A stretch of 64,000 bases of DNA. Origin: Sedimentisphaerales bacterium (GTDB lineage Bacteria; Planctomycetota; Phycisphaerae; Sedimentisphaerales; SM23-30). The position numbers and the translations under genes are program-made. The notes below the pieces were generated by a model. That model did no database searches and was not told where the DNA came from. It saw only the letters and a program-made list of their open reading frames with translations. Each line of letters begins with the position of its first letter. Position 1 is the first letter of the stretch. Shown one piece after another: positions 49,411 through 59,492 of this stretch. The stretch is taken from NCBI GenBank assembly GCA_963666285.1, contig OY762711.1, one strand, 5' to 3'.

Positions 49411-51407
49411 TTTTGAGCGGGCTGGTGCCAGGTGAAGAATATGTACTGACTCAATATGCAAGAGGATATAGCGATCCCGGCGGTCGCGAGGTGTATATTG
49501 AGTCGAGCGATGATGGTGCTGTAATTATGATCGACCAGAATATGTATGGCGATCAGCAGGGCTGTATATTTAAGTACAGTTATACTGCCCCGGCATCCGG
49601 TGAGATAATATTGAGCTATACAGCATTAAATCCGGCAGATACCTGGCATCATTATGCGTTCAGTAATGAACTGGCAACTTCGATATATATAGAACCTGTG
49701 CCGGCTCCAGCCGAAGAGATAAGTATTTATGATCTTCTAGGCTGGAGCTTAATCGGGCCTGTCGATGATCCGGTTTACCGGGTAAAGCTGGCAACTGATG
49801 CGGCTATGTCTAACCTGGTAGTAGATGTCAGTGGTTTGACAGCAACGAGTTTTGACCCTGACCTGACATCGGAAACAGATTACTACTGGCAAATAGAGGT
49901 TACCGATGCCGGAGAAGTGGTACATACCAGCCCGGTGTGGTCATTTTCTACTTTGCCGGTGCCGCCGGATGCGGTGAAACTGCTCGAATGGAAGTTTGAT
50001 GAAACGAGCGGAACAATTGCCGAACAGACCGGCGAGGTTGATGGCGGTGATGGCGTTTTGACCGGTTTTGATAGTCCTGCAAATTCAAGAATTGCCGGCC
50101 TGGTGAATAACGGGCTATACCTTAACGGCAAGGATGAGTATGTGGATGTCAGCGGTGCTTATAGTTTGATGCCGGTTGCAGATGGTCAGTCGTTTGTAGT
50201 TTCCGGGTATCTGTGTACTTTTGATGATTACGGTCCGCTGTTTTCGATGCGTAACTCTGCCAATGAAAATCCTATTATTGATATTGCCCTCGGTGTCGAC
50301 GGAGTGCAGGTGGAGCCGGGAAATGTGTGTGTGCTTGTTCGTGACGATAGCGGTTCAATGAGTTATATGAATTCCGGTATGACCATAAATGACGGGCGCT
50401 GGCATAATTTTATTGTCGCTCGTTCAGTCAGTACCTGGACGCTTTATATTGACGGTGTATCACTGGCAGTTATTGATAATGCCGCGGCCGGTAATCTTGA
50501 CTTTGACATGATGGCGATAGGTACCTCGCTGCGCTGGATAGCAGATAACTGGCAGCCGCAATATAATTATTATAGAGATTTTCAGGGTATCGTGGATGAG
50601 TTTACCGTTTGGGAAGGCGAACTTCAACCGCCTCAGTTTGAAGAATTGATAGCCAGATTGTCATCGGATGAAGATATTAATTTTGATCATGCAATAGATA
50701 TTGGAGATTTGTCAAAGCTGGCATATGACTGGATTGATAGTGCCTGGCTGGCGGTCCAGCCGGATGCGGTATTGGATGATATGGACGCTTACGGTTCGGG
50801 CCAGTATGAATTTTCAGACTACTGGCAGTTTGTTTCTGAATCAGGTTACGGTAATATTGATATTTCAATAGTGAATGATTCAGAGGGAATCTATGGTCAG
50901 GTTCTGCTGATGGATTATGATTTCAGCGGCAGTCAATATGCCAGGGTACAGCAAAAAGTCTTTAATCGAGGAATAAATTTAGGTGTTTACGATAAGGTAA
51001 GCATTCGGCTGAAAAAACCGGTTGGCTGTGAGATAACCAAAGTCACTCTTGATTTTTATGATGGTCGTGACAAATCTGCTCCTGCGGCTGCTGATTTATA
51101 TCATAAAGGAAGTATTGACATTGATATTTCAAGTGTCGCTGTTGGCGAGTGGGTAACAGCTGCGAGTATTATCCCGGAGGGAGCCTCGGTTTTGAGAGGT
51201 TGTACCGATGTTTACCAGGTCGTACTTTCGATTGAAGATGGCGGTCAGGATGCCGGGACACTGCTGGTCGATAGTATCTACCTGTCGGATTATACCGAAG
51301 ATTGCATTTTGCAGGTTAACAGCGGGGCGGCGGACATTAATTATGACTGTGTCGTAGATATGTATGATTTTGAAAAGCTGGCGGAAAGCTGGCTTAATAC
51401 AAACTGA
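49389..51407 (+). CDS. C-terminal part of the GH78 gene (rest of domain Y, FN3, LamG, split dockerin/CBM), -1 frame
   Basis: No signal peptide; frame open from 49389 (YFEPAQLILSGLVPGEEY); colinear with the C-terminal ~700 aa of 42403..45579. Confidence 0.88.
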   Translation, partial: YFEPAQLILSGLVPGEEYVLTQYARGYSDPGGREVYIESSDDGAVIMIDQNMYGDQQGCIFKYSYTAPASGEIILSYTALNPADTWHHYAFSNELATSIYIEPVPAPAEEISIYDLLGWSLIGPVDDPVYRVKLATDAAMSNLVVDVSGLTATSFDPDLTSETDYYWQIEVTDAGEVVHTSPVWSFSTLPVPPDAVKLLEWKFDETSGTIAEQTGEVDGGDGVLTGFDSPANSRIAGLVNNGLYLNGKDEYVDVSGAYSLMPVADGQSFVVSGYLCTFDDYGPLFSMRNSANENPIIDIALGVDGVQVEPGNVCVLVRDDSGSMSYMNSGMTINDGRWHNFIVARSVSTWTLYIDGVSLAVIDNAAAGNLDFDMMAIGTSLRWIADNWQPQYNYYRDFQGIVDEFTVWEGELQPPQFEELIARLSSDEDINFDHAIDIGDLSKLAYDWIDSAWLAVQPDAVLDDMDAYGSGQYEFSDYWQFVSESGYGNIDISIVNDSEGIYGQVLLMDYDFSGSQYARVQQKVFNRGINLGVYDKVSIRLKKPVGCEITKVTLDFYDGRDKSAPAAADLYHKGSIDIDISSVAVGEWVTAASIIPEGASVLRGCTDVYQVVLSIEDGGQDAGTLLVDSIYLSDYTEDCILQVNSGAADINYDCVVDMYDFEKLAESWLNTN

Positions 51408-51487
51408 TATTGATTTTATATTATAGGCACCCTCTGTTATGAGGTTGTCTATAAAATTAACCTCCTCTTCTCATTGGGGTATGAATT

Positions 51488-51519
51488 AGCCAGGGTATAT
51501 TTATCCTGGCTTTTATTTT
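51488..51519 (+). terminator. Rho-independent terminator candidate
   Basis: agccaggg...tcctggct followed by a T-rich tract. Confidence 0.6.
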
Positions 51520-51769
51520 TGTTGGTTTGTAAGTTCTTTTCTTTATTTTGTTTAGGTCTTTGTCTTGGTTAGGGTTGGATGTTGGGGGTGTGAAAATCTT
51601 TTTAAAAATGGCAGAATTATTTTGAGTTCTGCCACTATCCTGAGTATAGTGATTCTAGAGGTATGTTCAGGTTCCTGGAGGAATGAGTTACCCCGAGGTA
51701 TTTTGTACATATTTGCTGGTGTGTTTTGGTTATACAAAATTCAAAAATTGAAAAATGAGGTCAATAAAA

Positions 51770-54700
51770 ATGAAAAGAATTGTTTGTGCTATAATGGTCG
51801 TATTGTTTATTTATAGTAATTATTCATTTGGTATTGGTGGTGATCTCGGCGCCGGGTCTGGAGCTGACGGTTCAGAAACCAGTCCGTGGCTGATCGAGGA
51901 TTTTACCGATTTTCAGGCATTTTGCGGCGACAGCAGCTATTGGGCGAGTGGTGTCTATACCAGGCTGGAGACTGACCTTGACCTTAACCCGGCCCTGGAA
52001 GGTAGAGATATTTATTCAAGAGCCCCTATTGCCGGTAATGAGAGTAGTAGTATTTATTCTTTTTCTGGTACATATTATTCAGGGCATTTTGATGGCAACG
52101 GTCATATTATAAGTAATCTGACAATACAAGGAGCTTCTTACCTGGGTTTATTTGGTTATACAGGCAGTAGTACAAGTATCTCAAATTTGAATATTGAAAA
52201 TGTATATATTACATGTTCCGGTTATTATACCGGCGGCCTGGCCAGCTACAATAGAGGCAATATAATAAACTGTTCGAGCACTGGAACAGTATCAGGCAGT
52301 TATAATTCAGGTGGCCTGGCTGGTTACAATAGAGGTAGTATCAGCAATTGTTGCAGTACTACCTCAGTAAGTGGTAGTGGAACTGCCGGCGGCTTGGTGG
52401 GTTATAATTATTATGGTACTATTAGTAGCTGTTTCAGTGGTTCGATGGTGTCTGGCTCTTATTATGCCGGTGGTTTAGTGGGTGAAAATTATCGTGGTCC
52501 TGTTACCAATTGTTACAGTAGCGGTACGGTAAATGGTTATGGTTATATCGGAGGTTTGATTGGGTATTTTAGAAATGCTGAAATAAGTAAATGTTATAGT
52601 ATTGGGGCTGTAACGGGTAATTATAATACAGGAGGTCTTGTCGGCTATAATTTGAGTGGAATTATCATCGGCAGTTACTGGGATGTTGAGACTTCCGGTC
52701 AAAGCAGCAGTTTTGGCGGGACAGCAAAAACTACCGTAGAGATGCAGAATGCTTCTACCTTTGTCGGCTGGAATGATGGCAGCTGGACTATTTACGATGG
52801 TCATTCATATCCGAGGTTGGCCTGGGAAAATGTCAAGGGCAGCCCAATAACAACTGACTATCCGGCGGCAACTTATCCCGGCAGTGGTACAGGAGTTGAC
52901 CCGTATGTATTGTCAACGCCAGCTGATTTTATATCTATGGGGCAAAGAGTACCTGATTGGGATGGTTATTATATTTTGTCTGGTGATGTTGATTTGTCTG
53001 GTTTGGTTTATATTCCTCCGGTGAAATTTAGCGGTATCTTTGATGGTAATGGTTATGTGATCAGTAACTTAAGTATTGACGGAGATATGGCCGGCACTCA
53101 GTATTATCTTGGTTTGTTTGGCATACTTTACGGCAGGGTTGATAACCTCGGACTTGAAAATGTAGATGTCAGCGGTTTCAACTATGTAGGCGGGCTGGCG
53201 GGAAGAAATTATGGTACGATATCAGGATGCTATTCTTCCGGTGATGTATTAGGGCAGTATTATTGTGGTGGTCTTGTGGGTGAGAATATGGCCGGTATTA
53301 CTAATTGCTACAGCGTTGGTTCTATTACAGGTGGTTATGATGTAGGTGGTTTGACAGGGGGTAATGGTGGTACGGTTAGTAATTGCTATTCGGTCTGCAT
53401 AGTCCGAGGTAATGAGTATTTTGGTGGTTTGGCGGGTGAGAGTTACGGTCAAGTAAGTGATAGTTATTTTTATCTATACGGCGGTCCTGATAATAGTGTC
53501 GGAACTATGCTTAATGATCAGGAGTTGCAGCTGAAAGCAAGCTTTATCGGTTTTGATTTTGTTAATGATACCAATGACGGATTAGACGATTTCTGGACAA
53601 TCAATTCAGGTTATATGCCGAAACTTGCCTGGCAGGTTTCGCCTGGTTTTGAGCCGCCATATTATCTTGATTCTATTTCTACTACCCTTGCGGGAAGCGG
53701 TTATTCTGGTGATCCGTATATTATAGCAAATCTTGATGATCTGCTGGAATTCAGAAATAATGCCGATCTTCGCTGGGGTGAATATTCTTTGACTGCCGAC
53801 ATTGATTTAGCCGGGCAATATCTTCCGGAGGCATTTATACCTGAGGCGTTTATGGGCAGCTTCTCTGGAAACGGTCATACAATTTCTAATATGTTTATTT
53901 CCGGAGATTATAATGTTGGATTCTTCAGTAATCTTTATGGTTCTGTTGACAGTTTAAATTTCCTGGAAGCGATGGTAGATGGCAGTGAGCAGTCAGGTTG
54001 TGTAGCAGGCAGTAATATCGGCGGTAAAATTACAAATTGTAATGTGTCAGGTATGTTGTTCGGCGGATATTGTACAGGCGGCATTTGCGGCAAATCATAT
54101 GGTCCGAACCATGCCGGGATGGGCTTGATTTCCGGCTGTACCAGTTCGGTTTCCATTACGTCTGATGAATGTTATAATGTTGGCGGGCTGGTTGGTCATA
54201 ATGGGAGTATCGTGAGGAATTGTTCAAGTTCCGGTGATATATATGGCTCATATGGCGAAGTAACAGGCGGGCTTATCGGAAAAGTTGGCGGTTATGGTTC
54301 AGTTGATAACTGCTATTCGACAGTTTCGCTGGTAATGATTGGTGGTTCCTATGAAGTTGGCGGTCTGATTGGCGGTAATTCCGGCAGGGTCAAGAGGTCA
54401 TATTCTACAGGAAAGATTATTGTAAGCGATGGAGGCTCAGATATAGGCGGGCTGGTTGGAAGGAATCACGGATGCTATGACAATGAAAACGGCCCTTCTG
54501 AGGTGTCTAACTGTTATAGTGTAAGTGATTTGATCACATCAGGCGATGTGGAGAGCGTTGGCGGATTTGGCGGTCATTGCGGCGGGAATATATTTGACTG
54601 CTATTCAGCTGGTAAGGTAAGTGTTTTATGGTATAGTGAAAATGTTGGCGGTTTTGCCGGTAAGCTAGGCTGTAATGGTCAGATAAAGAATTGTTTTGCA

Positions 54701-56149
54701 GACAATATTATCCGGCATACAGGTGATTTTGAAAGGATTGCCGGTTTTTGCGGTTCAAATATGGGTGGTACTCTTGAAAGCTGCTTTTGGAATACTGAGC
54801 TTTCAGGTTTAACAGAAGGTTACTTCGAAGATCCTGATGCTAATTCCCCTGGAGTATACCATGATGTGGTTGGGCTTACCGGGGCTCAGATGGCCGATAT
54901 GAATTTATTTACAGGTTACGGCTGGGATTTCTTCGGTGAGATTGCCAATGGAGTGTTTGAGACATGGCAGATGTCGGCTGCGGCCGGTATGCCGGTCTTG
55001 AGTTATTTTGAAGGTTATTATGTTGAACTTCAGGGAGAAGGTACTCAGTTGGATCCGTATATGGTTTCAAATGCCTTTGAGTTGGGGGCAGTCAGGAATT
55101 ATCCATCAGATGCCTGGTATGTTCTAGTCAATGATATTGATCTTGCAGGTATTAGTTTTAGCTCTGCTCTAATACCTGGATTCAGCGGTAATTTTGACGG
55201 AGGTTATAATACTGTCAGTAATCTTACTATTTCTAATGGTGGTGATTATTGTGGTTTCTTCGGTCGTATGGAAGCCGGTTCGGTTGTTACCGGATTAAAG
55301 ATATCGCATGCCAAAATAACAGCCGGTCATCATGCCGGAGTATTGGCTGGTCAGGTTGGCGGTGGTACTATTGAATATTGTTCGGTATCTGGAGAGATAA
55401 CAGCAAGATACTATACCGGCGGTCTCTGCGGAATGGCACAAGGTCCTAATTGTGGCGGTAGTTTTATCAATTTCTGTTCCAGTGATGTAGATGTAACCGG
55501 GTATGAAGTTGATGATGATGAATGGAATTGTATTATTGGCGGTCTGGTCGGTCATTGCGGCGGCCAGGTCAGTAATTGTTACAGCCTTGGTAGCGTAACG
55601 TCAGTTTCTGAATACGCTTCTATCGGCGGATTGATAGGTTCGATGGGCTGCAATGGAAGTGCCGCCAACTGTTATTCGGTTGGTCATGTCAGTGGGAACG
55701 GTGAGGTCGGTGCTCTGGCAGGTGAAGATTATGGTGAAATGAATATATATAATTGCTTCTGGGACATACAGGCATCAGGTACGAATATTGCAGTAGGTAC
55801 TTTCGACCCTGACCCTGATGACCAGTACTATGGTCTTACAACTGCTGAGATGCAGACAATGTCGGTGTTTACCAATGTCGGCTGGGATTTCAGTGAAACA
55901 GACGGTACCCCGGCGGTCTGGCAGATGCCGCCGCTAAACTATCCGAAACTTGCCTGGCAGATATCAGAGTCTGCTTCTGACTTAAACCAGGATGACGCAG
56001 TTGACTTGAAGGATTTTTCATTCTTTGCAGTTCATTGGCTGAGTTCCGATTGTGCTGGTTCTTCTGTATGCGAAGCTGCTGACATAAACGATTCCGGTCA
56101 GGTGGATCTTGCCGATCTGCAGGAATTCTGCAGCGGCTGGATAGAATAG
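51770..56149 (+). CDS. Large secreted GLUG-repeat protein with C-terminal dockerin-like domain
   Basis: Signal peptide; four G.GT..DPY.I/GGLVG blocks; DLNQDDAVDLKDF...WL and DINDSGQVDLADL...W. Confidence 0.9.
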   Translation: MKRIVCAIMVVLFIYSNYSFGIGGDLGAGSGADGSETSPWLIEDFTDFQAFCGDSSYWASGVYTRLETDLDLNPALEGRDIYSRAPIAGNESSSIYSFSGTYYSGHFDGNGHIISNLTIQGASYLGLFGYTGSSTSISNLNIENVYITCSGYYTGGLASYNRGNIINCSSTGTVSGSYNSGGLAGYNRGSISNCCSTTSVSGSGTAGGLVGYNYYGTISSCFSGSMVSGSYYAGGLVGENYRGPVTNCYSSGTVNGYGYIGGLIGYFRNAEISKCYSIGAVTGNYNTGGLVGYNLSGIIIGSYWDVETSGQSSSFGGTAKTTVEMQNASTFVGWNDGSWTIYDGHSYPRLAWENVKGSPITTDYPAATYPGSGTGVDPYVLSTPADFISMGQRVPDWDGYYILSGDVDLSGLVYIPPVKFSGIFDGNGYVISNLSIDGDMAGTQYYLGLFGILYGRVDNLGLENVDVSGFNYVGGLAGRNYGTISGCYSSGDVLGQYYCGGLVGENMAGITNCYSVGSITGGYDVGGLTGGNGGTVSNCYSVCIVRGNEYFGGLAGESYGQVSDSYFYLYGGPDNSVGTMLNDQELQLKASFIGFDFVNDTNDGLDDFWTINSGYMPKLAWQVSPGFEPPYYLDSISTTLAGSGYSGDPYIIANLDDLLEFRNNADLRWGEYSLTADIDLAGQYLPEAFIPEAFMGSFSGNGHTISNMFISGDYNVGFFSNLYGSVDSLNFLEAMVDGSEQSGCVAGSNIGGKITNCNVSGMLFGGYCTGGICGKSYGPNHAGMGLISGCTSSVSITSDECYNVGGLVGHNGSIVRNCSSSGDIYGSYGEVTGGLIGKVGGYGSVDNCYSTVSLVMIGGSYEVGGLIGGNSGRVKRSYSTGKIIVSDGGSDIGGLVGRNHGCYDNENGPSEVSNCYSVSDLITSGDVESVGGFGGHCGGNIFDCYSAGKVSVLWYSENVGGFAGKLGCNGQIKNCFADNIIRHTGDFERIAGFCGSNMGGTLESCFWNTELSGLTEGYFEDPDANSPGVYHDVVGLTGAQMADMNLFTGYGWDFFGEIANGVFETWQMSAAAGMPVLSYFEGYYVELQGEGTQLDPYMVSNAFELGAVRNYPSDAWYVLVNDIDLAGISFSSALIPGFSGNFDGGYNTVSNLTISNGGDYCGFFGRMEAGSVVTGLKISHAKITAGHHAGVLAGQVGGGTIEYCSVSGEITARYYTGGLCGMAQGPNCGGSFINFCSSDVDVTGYEVDDDEWNCIIGGLVGHCGGQVSNCYSLGSVTSVSEYASIGGLIGSMGCNGSAANCYSVGHVSGNGEVGALAGEDYGEMNIYNCFWDIQASGTNIAVGTFDPDPDDQYYGLTTAEMQTMSVFTNVGWDFSETDGTPAVWQMPPLNYPKLAWQISESASDLNQDDAVDLKDFSFFAVHWLSSDCAGSSVCEAADINDSGQVDLADLQEFCSGWIE

Positions 56150-56230
56150 TAAAAGTTTATTTCCGCATTTATTAGTTAGCGGCCAGCTTATCATAGTTTA
56201 TATATAAGAGCTTTTCATAAAAGTAATGTG

Positions 56231-56267
56231 AAAGACATTCCATTTTGTACAGGTGGGATGTCTTTTT
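56231..56267. terminator. Bidirectional terminator candidate
   Basis: aaagacattcca...tgggatgtcttttt between convergent genes. Confidence 0.65.
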
Positions 56268-56287
56268 ATATTTTTTGAAATATTAGT

Positions 56288-58534
56288 TTAGAGTGTTATT
56301 GTGATTATGACTTTTTTACCCGGTTTTAATTTGACCGGTATATCTATTTGGCCCTTGGAATCTGCAGTGATGATTTTAGTTTTAGAGCCAATTTCGATGT
56401 GATAAGCTTTTCCCGGTAACAGGTGGTATGCTTTCTGGAGCATCTCGACAGAACAGCTGCTGCTGACAGACCATTCTAATTTGCTGCTGTTGCTGTGTGT
56501 TACTTCAATTTGAACCGGGTCTGCAGAATTTGTTTCAAAATTTAGAGTTGGGGTGCTGTTTTTCGCCGAGAAATATTCCAGCCGATTTGCGGAGCAGTTT
56601 ATACCGAAAGGATTTTTGTTGCTGATAGAAAACCGGCTGGTGGTTACGGTGTTTAGTTTTCTGTTTAGTTTGATTCTATAGTCAGTATCTCTCAGTTTGT
56701 AGTTAACTATAGAGCCGTCCAGCTGTTTCGGCAGATGCGGTTCCAGGTACAGGCGGTTGTATTGCGGCTGGATACTGAATATGTTTCTATAGAGTCCTGT
56801 AACGGCCATAGCGTTACCGCCTAGGATATCATCGCCGAGACCGGTCTGGGTGGTTCGGCTGTAGCGTTGGAACGCCAGGCCGTCTTTTTTGTATTGCTCG
56901 ATAATATTACTGATATATTTCATGGCAATTTCAGGGTCGTATTGTACATAACAGCGTGTGCCAAGTTCGGCCCAGGACAGAAATATATCGCCGTTTTCAT
57001 AATTTGGAAATGGGAAATTACTTCCTCCGCCTTCTTCCGGCATATATGAATATACGCACAACGGCCAGGCGAACAGGTTTTCTTTCTGCATGGCTGATTC
57101 CAGGGTAGAAAGAATCGCGGTCTGCCTGACTTTATCATCGCAAAGGCCGTAACTGATCGCGGCGAAGTTGACAGGTATTACCAGGTTATCGCCGTGGATG
57201 GTGTCATCCTTGTCACGCCAGTATATATACCATTTATTCTGCGGGTTCCAGAATCCACCATCTGAAATGTTTCTGTTGAAGCTTTGCTTGAGCTTTGCAG
57301 CAGCATTAGTATAGCGGGCGGCTTTTGCCTGGTCGCCGAGTATCTCTTCAATTTCCGACCAGAGTATCATCGCACCGTACATTTCAGCATTTACCAGTGC
57401 GTTTTCATGTGCGGCCCAGATAATATCGATCCAGTCGCTGCCTCGATTGTCGGAGTGGTATGAGTTAGTCATTTCCAGCAGCCCATCACCATCGCTGTCG
57501 CGTTGGAGCATATACTCTAAAGCGGCTTCGCAGGTTTGCTTCTGGCCGCGCAGCCAGTTCAGGTTGCCGGTATTACGGAACTGTTCAGCTACTACCATGA
57601 CATAATCCGGCTGGCTGTCGAGCAGGTAACCCCATTGGGCTTCGTAGAAACCATGTTCGGTATATGTGCCCGGCATAGCATCAACTGAATTATCCTTGAA
57701 GCGGGCCAGTACCCGGCCATTATCAAGTACGGCATGGTCTCTGAAGTTATCATATGTATTACTGAGGTTCCGGGTGTAGTTTTTGTCCTGGATAGCCATT
57801 GCCAGCTGCGCGTACCACTGTTCATGCAGGCAGATATAGCCTGATCGCCATCCGTTTGCACCGCATAGTCCGCTGTCGATGACACCATAGCGGGCAATAG
57901 TATTGAGTATTTCACGAACCGCATTTTCATCTATGCCGTTAAAGCAACCCAGATCGAACCGGTCCGGCAGTTTGGCTGCTGACAAGCGATAAGTCATTGA
58001 TTGTTTGCTTTTGCCAAGCTTAAATGGCTTCCAGATGGAGTCTTCTCTCAGGCAGCGGCTGAGGTTTACCCTGGTTTTCAGGGGGGAGTCGCTTAAATAC
58101 TGGGCAAATACAAGTGTACCCCTGGGGCTGCGGGTAAAACGTGAGGCTATATGTCTGCCGGCTAAATCCATGGGTGTAACTGCCAGGCAGGTTCCGGTCA
58201 GGTTATTCCAGAATAGAACTCCGGCGGCCTGATTACCAAAAGTGTAGAAATTTTCCGGCAGCAGTTTACACCATGCAACAGCACCGTTATCCAGTATTGC
58301 CCCGGTCCAGGTTGTCATATCGGCAAATTCCCAGTGGCTGTTAGCGGCGGCATCGACGATCATATCTGATGGAATTGTTCGGTCGATCTGCCAGTTGATG
58401 CTATCCGGCAGGGCGGTGAAGGTCCAGCTTTCCTCGATTTTGAAATTGTCCGGTCCGTAGCATATATTTTCTATAATTGCAGAATTATCGTTGATGTTGA
58501 CTCGTACTGATCTCGCTTCATTCTGTGACAGATG
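56288..58534 (-). pseudogene. Six-hairpin (alpha/alpha)6 glycosidase-like gene, apparently 5'-truncated
   Basis: DSDGDGLLE, DWID, NAEMY, YENGD motifs; frame stays open 57 codons upstream of ATG 58363 with protein-like sequence but no start codon or signal peptide. Confidence 0.65.
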
Positions 58535-59021
58535 TCATTGGTTGTCAAATTATTAGCCGAAGTTTTCTTCACTACCTTCATGAACTTCATGGTTAACTAT
58601 CTTCCGCCGCAGCCGATTTAAATCAAATATGAACCAATATAATTCATAATTAATACGCTTCTTTCTTTTAACTCTCCCCATCCTTCAGGTACCGCAATTC
58701 TGATTGAACTTTCCCTCACACATCACCTTTAAATTAAGGTCCCGATGTACATCGGGACAACCTTCTTTACTCTTTTTATTTTACACTTTACTCTTTGATG
58801 CCGCTCCGCGGCATCTGGACTGCCCACAAATTTCTAACCACGATCTCCCTAGCCATCAACTTTTCAATTAATCTTATATTTTCCTTCCAACTGCGAACTA
58901 TCATCTTCTCGCAAATTCTTCATAATTCATAATTTATAATTCATAATTAAATTCTGTTCTTCCCATTCCACCGCCCACTCTTTTTCTTAATTCTAAATTT
59001 TTAATTCTGATTTCATCCCCC

Positions 59022-59110
59022 CCTCCGCGCTACCTCCGTAGCCGTCCCCGGCCCGCCGTAAGCTTCCGCGCAGCCTCCGTTGCCCGCAATTGCCCGGCGT
59101 TTAACGCCGT
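59022..59110 (-). repeat. Short third copy of the GC-rich 10-11-bp periodic array
   Basis: ctccgc/ctccgt/cgccgt/ttccgc/ctccgt units. Confidence 0.65.
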
Positions 59111-59492
59111 AAAATCAACTTTGGTACGACCACACACTAAACCGCATGAAATCTTACAATCTCTTGCACACAATTTCCCCTATCCCTTTCGACCATCTGG
59201 CTTGCCCGCCTGCTCCATCCAGGCATATGTGGTATTACCAAAACGGTTTTATGGTTTCCCAAACCGGCATCTCCTAACAAATTTTTTATTTATTTCACAA
59301 ATTCATTTCCTATAAACCATTATAAAACATTGACTTTATATAAAGAAAACTCTGCTTTAATGACGACTTTTAATATGATATACTCACAATTGTCTAGCAG
59401 GCCATGCATTTAACACTGGCCTTATAGATAATTACGTAACATACTTAGAAATAAACGTTTACGTTATTAAAACTACAAAGGAGCCTTCCCAG

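Noticed and set aside
49413..51407. Independent gene starting at TTG 49413
   Set aside because: Starts mid-domain, has no signal peptide or well-placed RBS, and is colinear with the uninterrupted paralog 42403.
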